From the IMG/VR virus record IMGVR_UViG_3300036985_006248, positions 110,281 to 174,280 of that record: a stretch of 64,000 nucleotides of DNA; one strand, 5' to 3'. A program made the translations under genes and the position numbers. Source of the stretch: a virus. Shown here in pieces: positions 37,553 through 47,258 of the stretch; position 1 is the first letter of the stretch, and each line of letters begins with the position of its first letter. Below the pieces are notes generated by a model. The model searched no databases and had not been told where the DNA came from. It worked only from the letters and a program-made list of their open reading frames with translations.

Positions 37553-40264
37553 TTAATCAGCGAAGCTTGCACCAGTATTGCTGATAACGAAGTCTAGTGC
37601 GATAAATTCAATTGCACGGGCTGGCTTCAACATTATCTTTGCATATACAATGTTACGGTCAATTAAGTCTGGGGTCGTTGTTGTGGTATCCAGAATGACT
37701 CTGTATTCAGAAAGACCGAAACGTGATTGAACGCTTGATAAGAACGGGTTTGCCTTATCTAAGAAACGCTTCCACGTTACTTCTACGTTTGGATCAAATA
37801 ATACCGTTGAAGCCATGCGGCTAATTTCTTTCTTTAAGTAAATCATCAAACGACGAACATTGATACGGTCAAGGGCTGAAGGAGTTACTTGTAATGTCTT
37901 TTGACCGAATATTACAATTCCTTCTGCTGGGAAAGTCGCAATTGGATTGATGTTTGATTCATACAAGTCGTCACGATCTTTTGAATTTAAGCGTAATGAG
38001 GTTTGGATAACAGGCAATCCTGCTGCTCCATCTGATAAGCCACCACGATTAAAACCTGCTGGTGCAAACCAGAGTTCTGTCTTCTTTTGTGAAGATGAGA
38101 ACGTTCCTAGAGCTACAACGGAAGGTGGAACCCAGACTTTATTATTATTGATTGTATCCTTGACCAATACCCATGGGAAGAATGAACAACCATAACTTGT
38201 ATTTGCGTAGTTATCCTTTACTTCGGTAATTACAGATTGAACGTTTGGTTTAACCGTTTTATCTTCTGGCTCATAGTCACCTTTCAAGTCAACTATTGCC
38301 AAGGCATCGCCGCGCAATTCACATTTCTCGATTAATAAGTTGTTTAATCCAGCGTTGGAAACACCCGGAACTACTGCGAGATTCATTTCAACTACTTCTG
38401 CATCGGCTACGCTTTCGATAGCGACCTTAACACTGTTGTAGCTGTAATTAATGGTTTCTGAACCGTTGTCTAAGATACTGTTGGCGAATGGGTCACGTTG
38501 TGTAATATCCACACCGTCAGAACCACCAACCATTGGCATTGTGAACTTATTAAACTTCTTTAATAGGACTTCGATGCCACCGCTAACATTTGCTGTGATG
38601 GAATTGCCACTAAGTCTATTACCTTGTTGCCATGAAGCTCCAGCAGCCTCTACAACCACTCCAGCACTGACAGCACCACTTACGTCATCTAAAGAGAATA
38701 GATATTGATTCTTTGTTGCTGAGAAAGTGGCCGGTTCGGTTCTTACGTAATCTTGATAGTCTTCATTCACTCTCTTGGTATTATCAACCGTTGTTTTTAC
38801 GCCCCAATAAACAGCCGACAATGAAGGTACAGGACTGCCGCTCTTACTAGCTAATAACGGGATTCTTGGCATTGCAAAGCTTGCGGTATAAGCTGCCGCG
38901 CCAGTGATATGATTCGTGCTTAATACAGTAGTTAATGCTTGGCCTACTATACCAGAACCAGTAACTGTTTGGTTTTCATACGCTTTCGCGCCATAATAAC
39001 CAAATGGCAACAAGCTAGGATTTGCCTTGCCGTCATCAACTGTTGTGTCCATTTGTACACTGATGAATTTTGAATTATTATCGTAAGTGCCATATTCTAC
39101 ATATGCTTGCTTTGAATAATCCCATGTAGTATATTTATCACCTATTCTCTTAGCGATATAATTTTCAGAAGAAGGATCTAAACTCAACCCAATGAATCTT
39201 TCAACATATTGTGGTTGAACATCGTTGTCGCTAACTTTTCTAATGGATACTGTAAAAGTGCCATAGCTGGTGTAGTTGTTAGCTGGTAATTTAATTTCTT
39301 CGATGGAAATCTTTAAGTTTTGGCTGTTCCATTCGCCCTCTGATAAATTGTTAAAGGTGAAAAGAGTTTGTAGTTCTGGATAGGATCCATCAGTCGAGCT
39401 TCCAGTGTTGAAGGAACTAGAAACTCCTAAGTGTTGTGAAACCACCCAGTTAGTTGTTGCGTCTTGCGCTTCTTTTCTAAAGTTGGTATAACCATCGAGC
39501 TTTAACAAGATAGCCGCTGCACTAGTTGGTGAGCCTTTATCGGCTGATAAACTTATGTTGCTTTCTTTTAGCCAAGTAACAAATGTTTCACCTAAGAAAT
39601 AACCTTTATCGGAATAGGCAGTTGGGTTTGTATTCAAAACTTTTCTAATATATTTCTTAGAATCTACGCCAAAGTTAATGCTTGAAGTTACTGAATTAGC
39701 TACTAATCTTGTTTCTAAATTAGTATTGTCAATGCGTACCCAAGTTTGGTCTTTATTGACAACATCATCTACGCTGCTGGTTAAGCTGCTGCCGACAAGC
39801 CCAAGCGTACCACTTGAATAAAGGATGGCGGCTAATGCGGCTGTACCATTAACGGCTCCCGAAACGAATGGAGCAAAGAACAAACCATAAGCATTATTAA
39901 CTGACCAGCCTGCTGATGCAGGGGCAGCAGCAGCAGCGCCTTCAAATTGGAATCCACCTAAGCGAACAAACGTAATAGGAGAAGAATTCTTCAAATACGC
40001 TTGTGCGGCATAGGGACCATAGGTTGGACTTGTAAAATTACCGTCTCTCCATACATCGCCACCTTGACCACCGGGAACTGGCTCTCCAAATACATCAACA
40101 AAGTCTGAAAAGCTTTGAATACGTACTGGGCGCATCATTGGACCACGAAGTGAGCGACCGATAATAACTGGACCCATTTCTGATGGTGATTTTGGCAATT
40201 GCGAGTTATCTATTTCGTTTACTTGCACACCGGGCGATACAAATCTAAATTTTGAAACTGACAT
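37553..40264 (-). CDS. tail sheath protein (gp18)
   Basis: FVSPGV, WFAPAGFNRG, INPI, GQKTLQ, LDRINVRRL. Confidence 0.96.
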   Translation of the reverse strand: MSVSKFRFVSPGVQVNEIDNSQLPKSPSEMGPVIIGRSLRGPMMRPVRIQSFSDFVDVFGEPVPGGQGGDVWRDGNFTSPTYGPYAAQAYLKNSSPITFVRLGGFQFEGAAAAAPASAGWSVNNAYGLFFAPFVSGAVNGTAALAAILYSSGTLGLVGSSLTSSVDDVVNKDQTWVRIDNTNLETRLVANSVTSSINFGVDSKKYIRKVLNTNPTAYSDKGYFLGETFVTWLKESNISLSADKGSPTSAAAILLKLDGYTNFRKEAQDATTNWVVSQHLGVSSSFNTGSSTDGSYPELQTLFTFNNLSEGEWNSQNLKISIEEIKLPANNYTSYGTFTVSIRKVSDNDVQPQYVERFIGLSLDPSSENYIAKRIGDKYTTWDYSKQAYVEYGTYDNNSKFISVQMDTTVDDGKANPSLLPFGYYGAKAYENQTVTGSGIVGQALTTVLSTNHITGAAAYTASFAMPRIPLLASKSGSPVPSLSAVYWGVKTTVDNTKRVNEDYQDYVRTEPATFSATKNQYLFSLDDVSGAVSAGVVVEAAGASWQQGNRLSGNSITANVSGGIEVLLKKFNKFTMPMVGGSDGVDITQRDPFANSILDNGSETINYSYNSVKVAIESVADAEVVEMNLAVVPGVSNAGLNNLLIEKCELRGDALAIVDLKGDYEPEDKTVKPNVQSVITEVKDNYANTSYGCSFFPWVLVKDTINNNKVWVPPSVVALGTFSSSQKKTELWFAPAGFNRGGLSDGAAGLPVIQTSLRLNSKDRDDLYESNINPIATFPAEGIVIFGQKTLQVTPSALDRINVRRLMIYLKKEISRMASTVLFDPNVEVTWKRFLDKANPFLSSVQSRFGLSEYRVILDTTTTTPDLIDRNIVYAKIMLKPARAIEFIALDFVISNTGASFAD

Positions 40265-40320
40265 TATTCAATTCTCCTTTGGGAGTTTAGCATAAAATTT
40301 ATAGTCGTTTTGACTTAATA

Positions 40321-40328
40321 TAAGTAGT
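40321..40328 (-). promoter_or_regulatory. putative late promoter ACTACTTA
   Basis: Recurring motif; upstream of the sheath gene. Confidence 0.5.
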
Positions 40329-40362
40329 AGTTCTATGTTGTAAAATACTATAATAGTTTATT

Positions 40363-40881
40363 TTATTTGGCATTAAACAGGCTTTCACGGGCTTTAATAC
40401 ATTTTGCTACAACTTCAAACTTAAAATCAATTTGACCAAATAACAGCTTAGGCTCTGCTATTGTTACTATCTCGTAAAAGGTATCGCCATATAATAAAAA
40501 GTCGCCTTCACGAACATATAGGTCTTGGTCTTCGGTTAAACGCCTACGATGAAATTTAGTTGTTATTGATGTAACACGGTCAATACCAAATGTTTTTGTT
40601 TCTGTTTTGCTGCCTTCCCAATCAACCAGTGCTTGGACTCTTATAGGAGACAGGAATGTTTTCTGTACTGCCTCACCATAAATAGGATGATAGTTTGTGT
40701 GTTCACGACTTATTGGATAATAAACCAGCGTTTGTCCAATAACTCTTTCAATAATTTCATCATTTATTTGCTTGACAAGATTGCGCTCCTTCTCTCCAAG
40801 AAATAAAGGTGGAGGTGGAGCGGCGGGTTGGCTAGCAATATTTTCAGCCAAGCTAGATTTTGTTTTCTTTTTACGTGCCAT
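40363..40881 (-). CDS. neck / head-closure protein (gp14-like)
   Basis: HPIYGEA, EGDFLLY; lies between neck and sheath genes. Confidence 0.65.
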   Translation of the reverse strand: MARKKKTKSSLAENIASQPAAPPPPLFLGEKERNLVKQINDEIIERVIGQTLVYYPISREHTNYHPIYGEAVQKTFLSPIRVQALVDWEGSKTETKTFGIDRVTSITTKFHRRRLTEDQDLYVREGDFLLYGDTFYEIVTIAEPKLLFGQIDFKFEVVAKCIKARESLFNAK

Positions 40882-40888
40882 TTATTTT

Positions 40889-42181
40889 TTAACCCACAAA
40901 TATAAAGTTAGGAATGAATGCTTGCGCTTTGGCTGCATCTTCCATAGTCTTTGCACTATCTTCCCCTATCTTCAGGTATGTCATTTCTGCTAATTGTGTT
41001 TTTAATTCTTCACGAAGTTTATCTTTTTCTTCTTTACCTTCTGCGAGAAGCTTATCACCATTCAATGTTACGCTGTCGCCGGGAATGGGTACTTTATCAA
41101 ATTTGCTACGAACGTGTCCCAACATCTCTTTTGCTACTGCCAAGGCGAAACGACGAATCCATTGCTTACCAATACTGTTTATCTTATCATATGGAATATT
41201 TTGAAATGGCAAGGTATTCATATTGTTGATTCCATCAACGGTGGTGGAAGCAGGAACACTTCCTGATACTTGTGGTGTGTTTGTCCAAGCGTTAGAACCA
41301 ACTGTGAAATCAAACCAGAACTTTATTGGTGAAGATGCATTAGGAACGGGGTAAAGACGTAACATGTTATTACGTAGCTGATATGACCAATCACTAACAC
41401 GAGTCTTTATAGCGTCTTCATATGCCATTGCTTGCAACTTATTTTGCCAAGCGGGAATTACTTCAAATGTGCTATCATCAGCAAATTGTCCATAGGTGCT
41501 CAAGTTACCTACTACATTTAAGCCACCGAAATAACCATAGAAGTTCCATGAAGCGCCGATTGTTTTATAATATACTTTTAATATATTGATTCTATTATTG
41601 CCAATATTCCATCCATTTTGTGTTGCTGAAGAAGAAACAGCGGCTTGCAAATCATAATCTTGTTGGCCTGCGGTAGTTGTTAAAGAGCCGGAATATACTG
41701 GTTCATCACCATTTACGCCAACAAGATTGTTAACCCCTAGCGCAACATTCTTTGTATATGTGAATTGCATCTTTGGAAATGCAAGAGAAGCATTAGCTAA
41801 ATCAGCAGCATTGCTACCCGTTAATTGTCCGTCGCTGTTAAAAGAACCAGTATCTTGTCCAATAACAAATGGTAGTGCATTTTTAGCTTGGTGAAGGTTA
41901 ATAATATAAGAATATTCTAGCACTGCCTCTTCATATGCCGTATGAACTTGAGTTTCTACTAATTCAATATCTAATACGTCGCCACCAAGCTTTTTATATG
42001 TAAACGCTACTTGCTCTACTGACCCAATTCTATAGTCGTCTATCTGGGTTGTAGTCCAATATTCTGGTGAGACATAAACAGCAAAAGGCAAAGAGCTGGT
42101 TGTTACATTGGCTACATTACCGGTTGGCGGTAATATCACTTTGCTCATCTGGGAAATCGGTGAAAAGTTTGGAAGCGCCAT
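40889..42181 (-). CDS. neck protein (gp13-like)
   Basis: KLGGDVLDIEL, WIRRFALA..KEMLG..RSKF, LNGD. Confidence 0.8.
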   Translation of the reverse strand: MALPNFSPISQMSKVILPPTGNVANVTTSSLPFAVYVSPEYWTTTQIDDYRIGSVEQVAFTYKKLGGDVLDIELVETQVHTAYEEAVLEYSYIINLHQAKNALPFVIGQDTGSFNSDGQLTGSNAADLANASLAFPKMQFTYTKNVALGVNNLVGVNGDEPVYSGSLTTTAGQQDYDLQAAVSSSATQNGWNIGNNRINILKVYYKTIGASWNFYGYFGGLNVVGNLSTYGQFADDSTFEVIPAWQNKLQAMAYEDAIKTRVSDWSYQLRNNMLRLYPVPNASSPIKFWFDFTVGSNAWTNTPQVSGSVPASTTVDGINNMNTLPFQNIPYDKINSIGKQWIRRFALAVAKEMLGHVRSKFDKVPIPGDSVTLNGDKLLAEGKEEKDKLREELKTQLAEMTYLKIGEDSAKTMEDAAKAQAFIPNFIFVG

Positions 42182-42205
42182 TATTTATTCCTCGTAATAG
42201 TATAC

Positions 42206-42213
42206 TAAATAGT
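42206..42213 (-). promoter_or_regulatory. putative late promoter ACTATTTA
   Basis: Recurring motif; upstream of the neck gene. Confidence 0.5.
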
Positions 42214-42234
42214 TTTAATATGTTCTTTCTTCAC

Positions 42235-42267
42235 AAATAAAAAACCCCGCTGTTTTTAGCAGCGGGG
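42235..42267 (-). terminator. rho-independent terminator
   Basis: CCCCGCTG/CAGCGGGG stem plus T-tract. Confidence 0.85.
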
Positions 42268-42300
42268 CAAAGGTTTTATTCTTTAACTGGATTGTTTGTA

Positions 42301-42477
42301 TTATTGGTCAAAGTATTTAGCTTCTACAATATGATATCCATCACCATTTCCGTAGATGGAATCCCGTTCCTGTGCAGCAGATTCAGCGGCTTTTCTTGTC
42401 TTAAAAACACCAAGAATTTCTCCACCGACAATTTTAGCCACATACACTTTTTCCCCGCCTTCTATTATGGTTTGCAT
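42301..42477 (-). CDS. small moron-like gene (start MQTII)
   Basis: Flanked by two terminators; extended -10 box 6 nt before the ATG. Confidence 0.55.
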   Translation of the reverse strand: MQTIIEGGEKVYVAKIVGGEILGVFKTRKAAESAAQERDSIYGNGDGYHIVEAKYFDQ

Positions 42478-42495
42478 GATGCTAGTATAGCACAC

Positions 42496-42526
42496 AAAAG
42501 AAAAGGTCGCCACTTTCATGGCGACC
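42496..42526 (-). terminator. terminator after major capsid gene
   Basis: GGTCGCCA/TGGCGACC stem plus T-tract. Confidence 0.85.
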
Positions 42527-42554
42527 AGATCTATTTGAAGTTCAGACTAGAAGA

Positions 42555-44315
42555 TTATCCTTCTAAGTCCTCGACCACAACAATTCCGTACATGTCTGGG
42601 CGAACCATTGCCTTACCATAACGGGTCAACACAGCCTTGCGGGGTGTGAAGGTGTTTGGATCGAAGATTGTTGGGGTGCTTTGTAGCGGAACGTAAGGGG
42701 CGTATACATAACCACTTTCGAGGAAGCTTCCACCCTTGCGACCAACAAGGATTACGTTACGAATGAAGTATGGGTGAACAATGATATCCCATTTCTTATT
42801 CATATCACCAACCTTAACTGCACCGACTGCGCCTTTTTCTGCATCATTTGTTACTGATGCGCGGAAGCCGCTGGTGAATTCAAGGATATTGGCAACTTCT
42901 GGTGAGCAAACGAGGAAGTTTGCGCCGCCGCGAAGCGTCTTGCGGTGAATCAATGCCGATACATCGTTAACGGTTTCAACGAGGGTTTCATACCACATTG
43001 ATACGTTACCAGTGAAGTCCGGTGGTGCTGTATAAGCGCCAACACCGATATCTGCGCCAGTTGAACGGTTAACGAACTTACCCGGACGACGTGACCAATA
43101 CTTGACACCAGCAGTTGCACCCTTAACCAAGTCATTCAAGATTTCTTGGTCGATTTCAAGACCAATTTGTTCTGAAAGGATGCTGGTTAATTCAACTTCT
43201 GCATCGAGGTTGTGGTATGCGTTCAAATCTTGACCTAATTCCGGGGTCCATGATGCCTTGAGCTTACGAGTACGAGCAGTGATTGAGAAACTGTCAACCT
43301 TTAATTCAACTTCTGGAATTTCGGCTGTGCCTTCAAGAGTCCAAGGGCTAGCTCCAACAAGTGCGCCGAGGGCATTGGTGCCAACATTTTCAAGATTATC
43401 CTTGATTGGGTATGACAATAATACGTCCGAACCAGTTACAACGCTAGCCAAAGCTGCTGCTGAACCAGAGGTTGCAAGAACAATTTGGAGGTTCTTAACG
43501 CCTGCAACATCGACTATTGAGGTTAAACGACGGATAACGGTTGCAGGACCGGTTAATGCTGAACCAGTTGCATCGCCTGCTGCGGCTGCCATAGGAGCGG
43601 CCAATTGAGCAATTGATGTAGCAAATACGTCTTTTTCTGCCAACAAACCGCTTTGTGATAATGCGGTGAGCGGTATGCGTAATACTGAGGCTGATGTAAA
43701 CGTTACGGTGTCCAATAAGTCAGGATCCCAACGAATTAAAGCCTTTTGAGCATCCGTTGCAGCAGCCAAACCGAATGCTGCGGCAGTTGCAACGCTAGCA
43801 GTTGGAACTGATGCATGGTAGCGTGAGGTATTATAACCATTTGCTAAGTTATAGAAACCCTTTTCTGTTTGTGCGCCATCGAGACGTACACCAGCGGTGA
43901 TTTCAACACCCAAACGATCGCCAAAGAATGAATCATTCTTGGTGAATACGCGATCACCAACGTTACCAACGCTTGTGCCACGCTTGAAATCCATGAAGAA
44001 TACAAGACCTGACGGCAAGCTCATTGGTTGAACTGAGACTAAATCGTTAGCAATTAAGCCAGCGAATACTCTGCGAACAATTGGGAAAGCTACAGCAGCG
44101 AAACCTTGAACATCACCTCCTGCCATCGTGGTCGCTTCACGTAGTAACTCTTTTGCTTGGTTCTCTAATAACACTGCCATTGTTGACTTTTGGCGTTCTG
44201 TCTTCAAACCTTCCAAAAGACCTGACTTTTGCCACTTTCCTACTATTGCTTTGGTTTCTGCTAACATGTTGCGTTCAACGACGCCTTCAGTTAACCGTTC
44301 TAATACGTTACTCAT
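42555..44315 (-). CDS. major capsid protein (gp23)
   Basis: LLENQ, FPIVRRVF, VQPM..PSGL, RKLKA.W..E..QDL, YAPYVPL, TRYG. Confidence 0.97.
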   Translation of the reverse strand: MSNVLERLTEGVVERNMLAETKAIVGKWQKSGLLEGLKTERQKSTMAVLLENQAKELLREATTMAGGDVQGFAAVAFPIVRRVFAGLIANDLVSVQPMSLPSGLVFFMDFKRGTSVGNVGDRVFTKNDSFFGDRLGVEITAGVRLDGAQTEKGFYNLANGYNTSRYHASVPTASVATAAAFGLAAATDAQKALIRWDPDLLDTVTFTSASVLRIPLTALSQSGLLAEKDVFATSIAQLAAPMAAAAGDATGSALTGPATVIRRLTSIVDVAGVKNLQIVLATSGSAAALASVVTGSDVLLSYPIKDNLENVGTNALGALVGASPWTLEGTAEIPEVELKVDSFSITARTRKLKASWTPELGQDLNAYHNLDAEVELTSILSEQIGLEIDQEILNDLVKGATAGVKYWSRRPGKFVNRSTGADIGVGAYTAPPDFTGNVSMWYETLVETVNDVSALIHRKTLRGGANFLVCSPEVANILEFTSGFRASVTNDAEKGAVGAVKVGDMNKKWDIIVHPYFIRNVILVGRKGGSFLESGYVYAPYVPLQSTPTIFDPNTFTPRKAVLTRYGKAMVRPDMYGIVVVEDLEG

Positions 44316-44341
44316 TTTTTATATCTCCTTTAAGATAGTTT

Positions 44342-45691
44342 TTATTTAATGCCCGCGAGGGCTTTTAGTCTTTCTGCCATAAGGTCGCTAATGCTGTTTG
44401 TGGCAGTCTTCTTTACTACAAAGGGCGATGCCGCTCTATTTAACGCTTCGCGGAGAGATTGAGGAGCTTCTTGCTCTTTCGTTGTATGCTCTACCGCATT
44501 TTGAACCGTCTCATAAATCGTTTTCGCCGCTAATACACTATCTGCTTTGGAAATAGATTCGACAATATTTTGTTTTTGTCGCTCATTCAAGGAGATATTA
44601 CCTAATGCTTTATTAGTGTATAAAAGTTTTGCATTTAAAACATTTATTTTTTCAAGTTGGTCTTTTAACATTGCTACTGCACTCAGTGCTTCGTTATTAA
44701 GACTTTTGAGATCTAGGTTTTCTTTTGTTAAATCAACCATTTTTTCTTTTTCGACTTTGCGTTCTTCGGTGGCTTTTTCATCACGGGCGGCGGCTAGCTC
44801 AACGTTGCGTTGTTCACGCTTTTGTGTTTCTGTTGAACCCATCCAACCATCGCTTTGGTTACCGACTTTTAAGTCTACTTTTAATTGTTCTTCTAATTCT
44901 TCTAATTCTTGTTCTGTTAATTCAATATCTTCTGCAATTGCATCGGCAGAAGGAATTGGTGTAACGGCTTGCGTAGCAGCTTGTGCTTTTTCGTCTTCTT
45001 CTGCCGCTTTAGCTTTGGCGGTGTTAGCTCTTACTTCTCTATCGGCTGCTTGTTTTTTTAAGTCTGCGGCTTGTTTCATGTCTTCTACACCAGCAGAGGC
45101 TACATCAGTTTCTTGTAATTCGATTTCTTCTAATTCTAAGCTTTCTTCGAATTCCATTTCATCGCTGCCGCCCAGACCATCTTCTTCCAACTCCATTTCT
45201 TCTTCCACTTCTAGTTCGTCAACGGCAATTTTAGCGCCTTTGACTTTGACAACCACTGGAGATGCTTTTCCTTGTGCTAGAGCATCTGGGGTTGAATCTT
45301 GCCCAACCGCATCATATGATTCTTCTGCTACACCAAGCATTTCATTTAGTGTGGCTTTTATTTGATCAAAGTTGATTGTAATTATTTCATCGTCGTCGCC
45401 AGAAAAAGCACCGGGAACTTTAGAAAAAGCCTTATCGGTTTGTGGCATGCCCCCACCTGTATCTGCCATTGGATCTGTCCCAGCGGCACTTAAATCAGGC
45501 GTGGTGGGAGGTATAGCGGCACCGGCATCAGCAGGAGGCGTGACAACTTCTTCTTGCTCTAATAACTTTTGAACTGTTTGTTTAAATTCTTGTGAATACT
45601 TTTCAATCAAGGCATTTTCGGCATTTTTCATGGCTGCTTCTTTTAAAGCAGCGGCATCAATCATAGCCTGTTGTAACAAATCTGATGACAT
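44342..45691 (-). CDS. prohead core / scaffolding protein (gp22-like)
   Basis: Very acidic coiled coil, NAKLLY, C-terminal RLKALAGIK; directly upstream of the capsid gene. Confidence 0.75.
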   Translation of the reverse strand: MSSDLLQQAMIDAAALKEAAMKNAENALIEKYSQEFKQTVQKLLEQEEVVTPPADAGAAIPPTTPDLSAAGTDPMADTGGGMPQTDKAFSKVPGAFSGDDDEIITINFDQIKATLNEMLGVAEESYDAVGQDSTPDALAQGKASPVVVKVKGAKIAVDELEVEEEMELEEDGLGGSDEMEFEESLELEEIELQETDVASAGVEDMKQAADLKKQAADREVRANTAKAKAAEEDEKAQAATQAVTPIPSADAIAEDIELTEQELEELEEQLKVDLKVGNQSDGWMGSTETQKREQRNVELAAARDEKATEERKVEKEKMVDLTKENLDLKSLNNEALSAVAMLKDQLEKINVLNAKLLYTNKALGNISLNERQKQNIVESISKADSVLAAKTIYETVQNAVEHTTKEQEAPQSLREALNRAASPFVVKKTATNSISDLMAERLKALAGIK

Positions 45692-45772
45692 TAATGATCT
45701 CCAGTACGCGAAAACAATATAAATACTAATACTTTTATTTAATTAGTATTATTCGATTCAAAGCGACAATTA

Positions 45773-46078
45773 TTATGACGTTTGCTTGGGTTTAGCAAAC
45801 TTTTTGTTCTTCTTCTTGGGTTTTTGGGCAGGAGCATCAGACAATAATTTCTTTGCTGCCTTTTGTGCATTCCGTTTATATTCCATTTGACGTTGGCGTT
45901 CTTGAACGCTCGGCTTATCAAACCGCTTCGTATAAGAGGAGTTTTCATAAAGATATTCTAATAATGATTCTTTGCTGCAAGCTTTTAGAAACTTATTTAT
46001 CATTCCTTCGTTTTTCTCTAATGCCGGGGATTGCCCTTTTGGTAATTTTACTTCTAGATGAATTTGTGTATTGCTCAT
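45773..46078 (-). CDS. rpsU: divergent ribosomal protein bS21
   Basis: EGMINKFLKACSKE.LL....RFDKPSVQERQ aligns by eye with bS21 (E.ALRRFK...K.G.....YEKPS..R); basic C-terminal tail. Confidence 0.65.
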   Translation of the reverse strand: MSNTQIHLEVKLPKGQSPALEKNEGMINKFLKACSKESLLEYLYENSSYTKRFDKPSVQERQRQMEYKRNAQKAAKKLLSDAPAQKPKKKNKKFAKPKQTS

Positions 46079-46147
46079 GGTTTATTTTATTTCTTTCTTG
46101 CCTATTAGGCATTTATTATAACAACTTTTTTAATTCTAAATATATTT

Positions 46148-46369
46148 TTATGCTTCGGTTGCAAGACGATCTGATTCTGCATAAAATATCAATGCGCCGC
46201 AGTAGGTGCATGGGTTTGATATGTAGAGAAGACCATCCGTACCAATAAATGAGGCAAAGTCAGAAGCAACAGAATTACCGTCTGGTTGTTGGCCTCCAGC
46301 GATAGGGCGGGGACGGTGGTTAATGGCATTAGGTGAAGAAGGGCAAATACCAACAGTTATGATTGACAT
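46148..46369 (-). CDS. hypothetical protein (start MSIIT)
   Basis: Follows a fibre-like gene; C..H..CTYC. Confidence 0.5.
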   Translation of the reverse strand: MSIITVGICPSSPNAINHRPRPIAGGQQPDGNSVASDFASFIGTDGLLYISNPCTYCGALIFYAESDRLATEA

Positions 46370-46373
46370 ATTC

Positions 46374-47258
46374 TTAAATATCCTTTCCATAGATGGCAAA
46401 ACCACTGCCAGAAGTAAGATTTGTACCGTTTATGTCAATCATTCTCATAGAAGAAATTTGTGCAGTTGTATTCTGCCATTGTCCCTGTGCTAATGCTATA
46501 CGCGGCGCGGCGGTGGCGGCGTTGGTGCTGGCCTCAGTTGTATCTATCTTAATCAGTTTAGGGATGGCTAAGGAGTTATTTATAAATAAGGCTCCAGTAC
46601 GCCCACGCTGGATGGCGACAGGACCAAGTGCAATACCAGTTGCAGAAAGATTTTGTAAGTTGGTCCAAGTAGTACCACCAGAAGCAGAATATAAAAATCG
46701 AGTATTATAGTTTGTAGCAGTATCGCCATTAAATTGAAATCTTGCGATATCATTACCGGAGTAACCGTTTATTACAAACTGTACCATCAAGGTATTACGT
46801 GGAGTAAAAGTCACGGTGTTGGTGTTTGGGGTAGCGGTGGCAACGGCTGTACTTCCAAGAAACTCCCATCCTGCTACTGTGGTCGGAGCGGTCTTTTGTG
46901 AGCCATTGGTGGTATAGGTATTTATACCACCATTTATATCATATACAAAATATTCACCAGCAGAAAGCAACATATCGCCAGTTAAATAATATTCTGTTCC
47001 GCTGACATCTTTTATAATAGTGATAGTTTGTGAAGCCGCGTCTCTATTACGAACAAAGATAGATTTGATTCTTCTAGTGGTTCCGCTTGCCGGTGCTGTA
47101 ACCACTGTTGTTGTTGTGGCAGTGGTGATATTGCCTTGTGTACTTCCTAGGGTGAATATTCCAGCACTAGTGTAGTCGGCGTATTCTATATTATAATCAG
47201 TGGAAATGGCATCTGTTGTTACTATCTCCAAAATTTCTGTGGTTGCATTAAGAAACAT
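46374..47258 (-). CDS. virion fibre/decoration-like protein
   Basis: Thr/Gly-rich beta character; FNGDT..NY, ISSM, GS.FAIYG are typical of fibre tip domains. Confidence 0.55.
   Translation of the reverse strand: MFLNATTEILEIVTTDAISTDYNIEYADYTSAGIFTLGSTQGNITTATTTTVVTAPASGTTRRIKSIFVRNRDAASQTITIIKDVSGTEYYLTGDMLLSAGEYFVYDINGGINTYTTNGSQKTAPTTVAGWEFLGSTAVATATPNTNTVTFTPRNTLMVQFVINGYSGNDIARFQFNGDTATNYNTRFLYSASGGTTWTNLQNLSATGIALGPVAIQRGRTGALFINNSLAIPKLIKIDTTEASTNAATAAPRIALAQGQWQNTTAQISSMRMIDINGTNLTSGSGFAIYGKDI

Noticed and set aside
45739-45948. Alternative-frame ORF over the bS21-like gene
   Set aside because: No RBS or motif; overlaps a better-supported gene
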